Assembly: GCA_965240325.2 (NCBI GenBank)
Contig: OZ251253.1
Location: 744,001-808,000, forward strand
DNA: 64,000 nt
Direction of reading: 5' to 3'
From: Rebecca billardiae RCC1528
Lineage: Eukaryota > Protista > Haptophyta
Part shown: positions 1 to 8,721 of the stretch, piece after piece
How the letters are laid out: each line of letters begins with the position of its first letter
Position numbering within the stretch: position 1 is the stretch's first letter
Notes under the pieces: model-generated
Told to the model about the DNA's origin: nothing
The model's input: the letters and a program-made list of their open reading frames with translations, nothing else
Databases searched by the model: none
Translations under genes and position numbers: made by a program

Positions 1-180
1 ATTATTAGTAGTAGTATTATATTATTAGTATTCGTATTGGTGTTAGTATTAGTATATTAGTATTAGTATTCGTATTCGTATTCGTATATTCGTATTCGTA
101 TTCGTATTCGTATTCGTATTATTCGTATTCGTATTCGTATTCGTATTAGTATCATACTAATACTAATACTAATACTAATT
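1..180. repeat. AT-rich microsatellite (TATTAG/TATTCG)n
   Basis: Visible TATTCG and TATTAG hexamer runs that switch to the complementary (CTAATA)n near 150. Confidence 0.85.
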
Positions 181-403
181 CGTACTATCGCGCGTCATCA
201 TACGGCATCTGAGCGTCATCGTCAGGCGCGCCAGGCATCAGCGCCCGCGAGCGCAGCATACGACATCAGGCGCTCGCCGCCACTGACAAGCTACAGTCGT
301 CGTACGTATGCGCGCTGATGTGACGACGCTACGGCTCGGCGGACCAGCAGAGGCCCGCGCGGGAGCGCCGCACAGTAGCGCGGGCGAGCGAGCGTCGCGT
401 CGC

Positions 404-2416
404 TCAGAGCGCGCCGGCCGTGCTGCCGGTGAGCGCGAGCAGCACGTCGTCCGCCGCGCGCGTGCCGTGCGCGAACGCCTCCTCGAGCAGCGAGAGCCCG
501 GCCATGTCCGAGTGCGCCCAGTGCACCACGCCCGCGTGCGGCCGCGCCGCCTGTTGGCGCGCCTCGCCCCACACAAAGCCGGGCGTGGGGCGGACCATCG
601 CGTGCGCGAGGAGCAGCACGTCGACGCGCGTCGCGAGCGCGCGGATATCCGGGTGCGCCGCCTCGAGCTCGGACAGCACGCGCTCCGCCCAGTACTCCCA
701 GTCCGTGCCACGCGCGAGCATGAGCGCGCGCGCCTCCGCCGGGGTGCGCGCTGAGAGCGCCGTGTAGTGCGTGAGCACCGCGGGCGCGCGCGCCGGCCAG
801 GCGGGCGGCCAGAGCGCCGCGGCCCAGGGGGCGCGCTCGCGCAGCGCCGCGCCGGCCTGGACGGAGGTGACCGTGTACCCGAGCCCGCCGCCCCCCTCCG
901 CCGCGGGCACGCCCCCCGGCCCGTTGTAGATCAGGTTGTCGCACGTGTGCGCGCCGCCGCGCGGCGGGCGGCGCAGCCCGACGTTGGCCACCACCCACGG
1001 CGCGTATGTGAAGTTTCGCAGAAACGGCGGGTCGTAGCCGGGGACGGTGTGGCGCGCGGTGAAGCGCGGCGCGGCGTAGATGACGCGGCGCGCGCGCACG
1101 CGCACCGACGACCCGCCCGCCGCGTCGAAGTACTCCACCGCCACGCCGCCGCCCTCCGCGGCGGGCAGCGGGCGCACGGCGTGCACGGCCGCGCGCGTGC
1201 GCGCGCGCTCGCCGAGCGCGGCCGCGAGGTGGCGCACGAGCCAGCCGTTGCCGTCGGGGCCCTCGAGGCGCGCGTCGGTGTCGCGCGCGGCGAAGTAGTG
1301 GACGAACGCCCACGCCGACGCCTCGCCCAGCGGCACGCCGTAGTCGTCGCGCATCGCGTACTCCAGCCACCAGCGCAGCCGCTCCGAGCGAACCCCCACC
1401 GCGTCCAGCCACGCGGCCGCGGACGCGGCGTCGAGCGCACGCGCGCGCGCGTCGACGAGGCAGTGCGAGATGGGCAGCGTGAAGCGGGCGCGTGCGGCGG
1501 GGCCCGGCGGCGGGGCGGCGGCGGAGGCCTCGCGCAGCCGCGCGCGCAGCGCCGCCGCCGCCGCCTCGCGCGGCCCCGAGTCCGGCGCCGAGTCCGGGGG
1601 GTCCGGGTGCGGCTGGCCGCGCACCTCGCGGCCCACCGCCTGCCTGAACGCGCCCAGCTGCGCGTGCTCGGCGGGCGTCATGAGGTGGGTGGGCAGCGCG
1701 CCGTCGTCGGAGAGGAGCCACGCGCCGCCGCCCCCCGCGCCCGCGCCCGGCGCGAACATCGACTCGACCGGCGGCTCGCACAGCAGCGAGCGCCGCCACC
1801 TCACCTCGCCCACGGCCGCGCTCGCGGCGGTCGGCACGCTGCCGTCCGCGCGCCGCCGGTACCCGAGGATGGCGCCCGCCTCCTCGAGGAGCGCGCGCAG
1901 CGGCACGTTCTCGCGCGGCGGGAGCGGGAGGTAGTGCGCCGCCCACGGGTGCGCGATCGGCTCGCCGCCGTCCACGCCCATCGCGCCGGACTTGGCGTTG
2001 CCCCCGAGGCTGGACTCGAGCTCAAGCAGCAGCACGTCCGTCAGCCCGGCGCGCACGAGGCGCCAGCCGGCGGTGAGGCCGGCGATGCCGCCGCCGACGA
2101 TGACGACGGCGGCGGTCTCCTCGCGCGTTGGCGCGGGGAAGCGCGCGCCGCCGTGCAGCGCCGCGCCGCCGTCGAACAGCCGGTGGCCGAGCCCGATCGA
2201 CGCGCCGACGATCCGGCCGTCGAGCGAGCCGGCGCGCGCCGGGCGCGAGAGGGTCCAGCGGAGGGCGGCGGCGAGGGTGCACGCGCCGGCGGCGAGGGTG
2301 GCGAGGAGGAGCGCCGCGCGGCGCGGCGTCGCGCCGCCGCGCCGCCGCGGCTGCGCGCGTATTGCTGGTGTGTCCCGCGGCAACAACGAGCCGCGCGCGC
2401 GGATCGCGGCCGCCAT
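404..2416 (-). CDS. FAD-dependent oxidoreductase (amine oxidase/NAD(P)-binding Rossmann family), intronless
   Basis: VVIVGGGIAGLTAG dinucleotide-binding motif, LLELESSLGGNA, WAAHYLP, MRDDYG, and C-terminal WAHSDMAGLSLLEEAF. ATG at 2416 is followed by a hydrophobic segment. Confidence 0.85.
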   Translation of the reverse strand: MAAAIRARGSLLPRDTPAIRAQPRRRGGATPRRAALLLATLAAGACTLAAALRWTLSRPARAGSLDGRIVGASIGLGHRLFDGGAALHGGARFPAPTREETAAVVIVGGGIAGLTAGWRLVRAGLTDVLLLELESSLGGNAKSGAMGVDGGEPIAHPWAAHYLPLPPRENVPLRALLEEAGAILGYRRRADGSVPTAASAAVGEVRWRRSLLCEPPVESMFAPGAGAGGGGAWLLSDDGALPTHLMTPAEHAQLGAFRQAVGREVRGQPHPDPPDSAPDSGPREAAAAALRARLREASAAAPPPGPAARARFTLPISHCLVDARARALDAASAAAWLDAVGVRSERLRWWLEYAMRDDYGVPLGEASAWAFVHYFAARDTDARLEGPDGNGWLVRHLAAALGERARTRAAVHAVRPLPAAEGGGVAVEYFDAAGGSSVRVRARRVIYAAPRFTARHTVPGYDPPFLRNFTYAPWVVANVGLRRPPRGGAHTCDNLIYNGPGGVPAAEGGGGLGYTVTSVQAGAALRERAPWAAALWPPAWPARAPAVLTHYTALSARTPAEARALMLARGTDWEYWAERVLSELEAAHPDIRALATRVDVLLLAHAMVRPTPGFVWGEARQQAARPHAGVVHWAHSDMAGLSLLEEAFAHGTRAADDVLLALTGSTAGAL

Positions 2417-2659
2417 CCCTGAAAGGCGTCGAGTCCTCGAATCCGGCCGTCGCCTGCCAGCCGCGCGCGCGCACGGCGCAGCCAATCAGCGTGCCGGGAC
2501 GCACGCGGCACGCACGCGCGGCTTCAGTGCGGACGGGCTTGCGCCAGCCCACGCTTGCTTGGCAGCTTGGCCGTCGGCGGGCGGCGCTCGCACCGCAGCG
2601 GCGGAGGCCGGGGCTCCGGGGGGTGGCGGCGGCGTCCGCGCGCCCCGGCGGCGGGCCGC

Positions 2660-4346
2660 ATGGTGGACTGCGACGTGCGCCCGGTGCTCGACCCGCGCGG
2701 GCGCGAGCTCGGCACCGTCGCGCTCACCATCCGCGTGCCGCCCAACCCGGTCGCGCGCGCGCACGTCGCCGAGCTGCTCGCCGACGCCGAGCGGCCGAGC
2801 TACGTGCGGCCGCGCGCGGAGTGGGTGGCGGACGGCAGCGTGGCGCCGCCGTACACGGCGGAGGTGCTGCTCACGCTCGACGGCCCGCCCGCCACGCCGT
2901 ACGCCGACGCGAGCTACCGCGTGCAGCTCTCGTTCACCGACTGCTACCCGGCGCGCCCGCCGGTCGTGCGCTTCGCGTCCATCCTGTACCACGCGCAGGT
3001 GGAGGAGGGCGGGCTGCTCGAGCCGGTGTTCTACGAGCGCCTCGAGTGGGCCACGCGCAAGGGCCGGAGCTCCCGCCACGTCCGCGCCGTCGTCGCGCTG
3101 CTGCGCACGATGCTCGTGGAGCCTCTGCCGGGCGGTCCGCCGCTGCACCCGCGCGTGCGGCAGCGGATCGAGCTGCTGCAGCAGCGGCGCACGCGCGTGA
3201 TCAACGCGTACGCGCCGCTGCACGCGGAGCTCTTCGACGCCGACGCGCTCTCGCCGCTCTCGCCCAAGTGGTTCCACGCGCCGCTGCTCGCCGCGCTGCG
3301 CGGCGCCGACCCCGGCGCCGCGCGCGCGCTGCTCCGCGAGGAGTGCGCGGGCGTGTACTCGTTTGAGCTGGCGACGCCGGCGTTCTGCCAGGCGTTCATG
3401 GCGGAGATGGCGCACTTCGAGGCGTCGGGGCTGCCCTCCAGCCGGCCCAACTCGATGAACAAGTACGGCGTGATCGTCAACGAGATGGGCCTCGAGCCGC
3501 TGGTGGACGCGCTGCAGGCGCAGCTGCTGCGGCCGCTCGGCCGGTTGCTGTACGCGCACGCGCCCGGCTGCGGCAGCCTGGACCACCACCACGCGTTCTC
3601 GGTGCAGTACGCGGCGCGCGCGCCGGGGGTGTCCTCCGACCAGGGGCTGGACATGCACCACGACGACTCGGAGCTCACGCTCAACCTGTGCGTCGGCAAG
3701 TCCTTCAGCGGCGCGCAGCTCACCATCTGCGGCGTGTTTGGCCAGCCCTCGTACAGACAGCTGCAGTACAAGTGAGCGCGCCGCGCGGGCGGCGGGCACA
3801 GCGCACGGCCGAGCCCGCGCGAGCGCGGCGCGGCGCGGGCCTCACGCGCCGCCCGCACCCTCGCCTTCCGCGCGCGCGCCCCGCCCCGTGCCCCCGCGCA
3901 GGTACACACACAGCCCGGGCCGCGCGCTGGTGCACCTGGGGCGGCAGCGGCACGGTGCAGACGACATAGCCAGCGGCGAGCGCATCAACCTGATCGTGTG
4001 GAGCCGCTCGTCCGCGCTGCGGCTGGCGAACCCGCGCGAGCGGCCCGCGCACCGCAAGGAGACGCCCGACCCGCTCTGCCTCTCGTACACCCACGACGAC
4101 GACTACGAGGAGTACCGCCCGCTGCCGCCGGGCGTGCTCTCGCGGCGCGAGCGGCTGCGGCGCGCGGGCGGCGGCTGACAGTGATGCATCGACGACTCCG
4201 ACGGCAGCGGCGCAGGCGACGACGCGCCGCCGGCCGCGCCCGGCGCCGAGGAGGGCGCGCGGGGCGCGGGCGGCGACGACGCCGCCGAGGACGTCGTCGG
4301 AGCGTTCGCCGCAGCCGTCGGCGCTGCCTCGGGCGCGGGCGCCTAA
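2660..4346 (+). CDS. UBC/UEV-like domain fused to an OGFOD2-like 2OG-Fe(II) oxygenase; exons 2660-3771 and 3902-4178 (ending at 4346 if both UGAs are read as Sec)
   Basis: E2-fold motif GPPATPYA...YPARPPVVRF...YH. Oxygenase motifs RPNSMNKYG, DMHHDDSELTLNLC, HGA and ERINLIVW. GT-AG intron 3772-3901 restores the frame. In-frame TGA CAG TGA TGC, then open to TAA 4344-4346. Confidence 0.85.
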
Positions 4347-4551
4347 GGCGCCACGGCCCCGGCCCCAGCGGCGCGCGCTCGGCAGCCGCCGCGCCGCCGC
4401 CCCGCCCGCCGCGCGCCGCGCGCGCACGCGCGCCGCCGCCGTCGCCGCCGCCCGCGGCCGCGGCCGGCGGCGGTGGCAGCAGCGCCCGGCGCGTGTGCGG
4501 GCGGCAGCGGTGGCGCGCGCCGGCTGCCCAGCCCGCCGCCCACGTGCCAGC

Positions 4552-4623
4552 CAGCCGGCCCATGACGACTCCGCCCTCCCTCGCGCACAGCGCGCCGGGC
4601 GGCTGTCTGAGACACACCGGCTG
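4552..4623 (+). promoter_or_regulatory. Candidate eukaryotic SECIS element (form II, CC in apical loop)
   Basis: Helix I CAGCCGG(4552-58)/CCGGCTG(4617-23). Core ATGAC(4562-66)/TGAG(4608-11). Helix II GACTCCGCCC/GGGCGGCTGTC. Unpaired CCC 11 nt above the core, with mini-stem CGCGC-ACA-GCGCG. Lies about 200 nt 3' of the TAA. Confidence 0.75.
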
Positions 4624-4999
4624 CAGCCCTGACAGTCCTGACTGACTGACCCGATTGATTGGCAAGTCTGACCACGCGAGACCAACCCCGCCGTGCGAGT
4701 AGGGCGGGGCCCGCGGGCTGCTCGCGGCGTCCGGGCGGACCCCGCCCGGGTGCCGCACCGCCCGTGTCCCGCGCGCTGCTCACAGCTCAGGGAAGCGTCC
4801 GATCGCGGCACTCCACGGCCTCGCTGCGGCCGACTCCGAAGTGCCGCGCTACTGCTGCTTTGCCGCGGGCGCGCAGCGGTGCCCGGCGCCGGGCCGGTAA
4901 CACTAACTACCGGGCCGGCGGGCCGCGCCGGCGCACGCCCGGCCCCGCGCGCACGCGCGGCACGCGCCGGGTGGCCGCCGCGGTCTGGAGTGCTCGTCA

Positions 5000-5055
5000 G
5001 TAGTTATTATTATTAATTATATAGTATATATATATAGAGTATATATATAATATGT
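5000..5055. repeat. TA-rich low-complexity tract
   Basis: TTA/TA runs in a GC-rich background. Confidence 0.7.
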
Positions 5056-5855
5056 GTCTGTTGCACTCTGAGCCTGACGCTTGTCGGATGCTGCCACGTC
5101 GTTATGGCGGGCCGTAGGTCCGCCCCTTGTAGTGCCCGGGAAAAAGATAAGAAAAAGAAAAAGAAAAAAGAAAATCGCCTCGCAGAGAAAAGAAAATCGC
5201 CTCGCTCACTGCCAGGTCGCTTCGCTCACTACCGGGCGCCCTCGCAGCTCCCACTGGGGACGCTCGGCCGAAAACCATCTGCGGCCTGGCGCGGAGCGCG
5301 TGGGCGGCGCGCGCCAAATCCAACGCCAGCGCGGACATCGTGAGGGGATTCCCGAACGGTGTTTTCGCCCGATTCGCGATTGCTGCCCTCGTCGTCTCGC
5401 GTGCAGGTCGAACGGGGGCTAAATCGACGCGTTGGAGCGGTACGCTCGGCGCGTCGACACGATCGTGCGACCTGGGGCGATCCTCGCCCGACGTGCACGT
5501 CGAGCGCTCGCACGGGCCATAGCATCATGCGCTGCGCAAGACAACCACCTCGCACGATCCACCGTCGCGCGTCGGGCTCGGTGCGGAAACGCATTCATCA
5601 CGAGGCGTCTCGCGGGCGGGAAGCGCCATCGCACGCGACGCAAGCTTTGGCGCGGCCTTCTGAACACCATAACCGGAATGCACACACCGGACTGTCGTCG
5701 CGTGCCCCGGTTGGCAAGGTCGGGCGCATGCAAATCCGTTTGCTACGGTCGGTGGTGTTCCAGAGCGAGCGCTCATCTTTCATCTTTCACGCTCGCGAGC
5801 TCGCGGGCTCGCGGCTAAGGATCGCTCGGCGCTCGAGGACCCACGTCCGGCCTGC

Positions 5856-6471
5856 ATGGCGTCGACGGTGGCCAATGCGACGAGTCGTGCGACGCGCTCG
5901 ATGACGCCGTCGCGCCGAACCGCGGCACGGCGCCGCCGCGCGGCACTCGCGCGTGCTACGCTCGCAGGCGCCAGCGCACGGCTCAGCGCCATCCGCCCCG
6001 CATCCCACGCCGAGCGGCGCAGCGCCCGTGGGCGCCTTGCAGCCGGGCGCGCCGCCGCGCGCCGACGACCGCGTCGCCGAGGAGCCGCTGAGCGACGACC
6101 AGGCCGACGCCACCGGCGTGACGAGCATGGCGGCGCCGCGACACTCGCGCGTGCTGCGCTCGCAGACGTCGGCGCGCGACTCGGCGCTTTCCACACCGCA
6201 CCCCACGCCGAGCGGCGCCGCCCCCTTGGCCGCCTCGCAGCCCTGCACGCCGCCGCCCACCGACGGCCACCTGGTCGGCGACCCGATGAGCGACGACGAG
6301 GCCGACGCCACCGGCGCGACGGGCATCCCGCCGCCGACTCCGGACTTCGACCCGCCGGAGCACGTGCAGGGGATGATCCACGCGAACACGCACTCGTGCG
6401 CAGCGATGCTCACCTTCAGCCGTGGCGAGGAGAAGCACGCCGTTGGCATGTGCACCGTGTGCCTGCAGTGA
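5856..6471 (+). pseudogene. Coding-like fragment with a ~200-bp internal duplication and terminal CxxC, possibly a transposon gene remnant
   Basis: Two diverged copies of HSRVLRSQ...PHPTPSGAAP...P(L/M)SDD(Q/E)ADATG, ending in GMCTVCLQ. No clean ATG-to-stop model. Confidence 0.35.
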
Positions 6472-6713
6472 GTGCAGGTGCGCCAGCAGTGGCTGGCAGG
6501 ACTGGTGTCTCACAGGTGATCTGTCGCGTTATTATTCGTCAGTGAGTCGGGTAGCTCACAATCATCTCGGTATGTCGCATATTGTTATTCGTAGTCATCC
6601 TGCCCGTCAAACCGCTATAAATAAAAGGCGCGTGAACCCGCTGGGGAAATATTGCGACAGCACTGGCACGGCCCGCCGACCCCCCCGCCCGCCAGGGCAG
6701 AGTTTATATAATA

Positions 6714-8427
6714 GGGGGGCCAAACCGCCCATTTAAAAAAGAAAATCAAAGCCGCGGCGCATTTTCGCTCCGCCCTCGGGCTTTTAGGGTGGCGCGGAGC
6801 CTTTTTCTCGGACCCCGCTCGAAAATCGAGCTCCGACGCCATCGGGCGCTCAGAGCTCGGTTCCGCTCCAGACGAGCGGCCGGAGGCAGCGGACCGCCGC
6901 GCGCTCGCGACCTCTGAGACGCCGAGATGGTCTCGGGTGCGCGCGCGCGTGACGCTGGTGGGCGCTACTGACCCGTGCCTTTGCGCCACCAGCGGCTCAC
7001 CACCCGCTTCTTGGCCACCTCGCGCCGTGCGCGGCGCGCGTCGGCCGGCTTGAATTGGCGCGCTGCGTGCGCCTCTCACGCTACCGCTCGGTGTGGGTCA
7101 TGATCAACTCGGAGTGGTGAGATCGGTGCTCGGAGCAGGTGTCTAGGTATGTATGTGCATGGTCAACTCGCCTAACCTGCCCTACTGCGCCGGAATCGCC
7201 GTCAGCAGACCGGCGCGAGCTCGCGCGCAACACCTCCGCGGAGCCCGCAACTGCCATCTTCCGCTCGTAGGGCCCGTGTTTGCACCTGCCGTGGCACTTG
7301 CGATGGTCAGCACGTTGGGTATGGGTCACGTGTGCCCGCTGATGGCGTCGGGACGCCTCCCATTTGCCTCTCAGGACGTCGCGGACGTGCTCGCAGGCAG
7401 CGGTTGGCTCATTCGACAGGTCCGACTAGCACTGGACCGTGCCTGCAAGCGCGCCCCTGTGACGCTCATGCCTGCAGAAGCAGATGCAGATGGGCCCCCA
7501 TGCACCCTGGTGCGCCCAAGACCGGCGGGAGCGTCAGAGACCGTCTCAATCTTGACACCTTGCACACGCCGGCGCTTGCCGTTGGGCTCCGCGCAGCCAG
7601 CCAGGATCGCCGAACAACGCCGGATCAGCCTCTGTAGGCCGAATATCCGCCCCAAAGCCCAGAAATAGCGCGGAACAGGGTAGGGCGTACCTATATGGAC
7701 CGATCCCATCCAGCCTGGTTTGGTGCAGAGACGCCAGCCACCGCCTGGAGCAGGCGTTTGCTGCCGAATCGCATGCTCGGAACTGTGCCGCACTGCGACG
7801 ACGACAGATTTGACCTGCCTCGTAGGTCTCGGCCAGGGAGCGGTGGCGGTTGGCTCGGGTGACTTTAAACCTTGACTATGACCGAGAGCACTCCCGGGCT
7901 GAGGACGTGGGGCCGGTGCCTTGGGTCCATCATGTCTGCAATATGCCGTACGCGTGGCCGTATACACAGTCTGAAAACGTATCTCGCAGCTCGAGATCAG
8001 GCGAGACTGTATTCATCAGCATGGCGGCTATATACACGGTGGGTATGTAACGACCAGTGGCTTCCAGGAAACTACATATTTGACAGCCTGCCAGTACACA
8101 GCCTATATCGCATGTTGGGACCTGCTGCTGCTGGGGAGACTCAGAACGATCTCGCTGAGATGCTCTATCAAAGTGAGGTCGACATGGTCTATATGTCACA
8201 TATAGGACGGCCGTTACATGCCGTTTCCAATAAGTTCAGGCTCATTCTAATAAGTAAATATGCTAGCCGTTACGCCCTATATTCAGGGTATGTGCACCTG
8301 ATTTTTTTACATGGCCGGCCCAGACCCCTCCAGAGGGCAAATGATCCAGCCCGAAATCAGCTCTAAACACTCGCTAGGACGCGCGCTCGTGGCCGTCAGT
8401 AACGCTACAGTGCCTCTTTGGCCCCCC
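6714..8427. mobile_element. Non-autonomous or degenerate DNA transposon, ~1.7 kb, TIR GGGGGGCCAAA flanked by TA
   Basis: ATAGGGGGGCCAAA at 6711-6724 is the exact reverse complement of TTTGGCCCCCCTAT at 8417-8430. The interior is lower GC with only broken ORFs. Confidence 0.65.
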
Positions 8428-8721
8428 TATATATATGCTGCTGACGCGACTACTACGCGAGTATACGCTGCGCCTGGCAGGCCGTCACGGCGGCGAGTCG
8501 TCACGCCGCGCTGATGACGCCGCGTATCGTCTGGCCGCGGCGAGGCGCCAGGCGCGCCAGCAGCCTCAGTAGTGTGAGCCAGCCTGCCGGCGGCGGCACC
8601 GCGTGGCGCTGCGCCCGTGTCGCCTGTCGTCGGGTGCGTGGCGGCCTGTGTAGCGGCGGGGCCACTGCTGTCACCACCGCACCACTGCAACGGAGCAGTG
8701 GGCCGTCGACAGAGGCGCACG

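Noticed and set aside
1-180. Telomere
   Set aside because: The units are TATTCG/TATTAG with mixed orientation, not a G-rich telomeric repeat.
7080-7200. Possible His-Cys box/HNH endonuclease remnant inside the TIR element
   Set aside because: Only a vague resemblance spread across different frames; the key His residues are absent.
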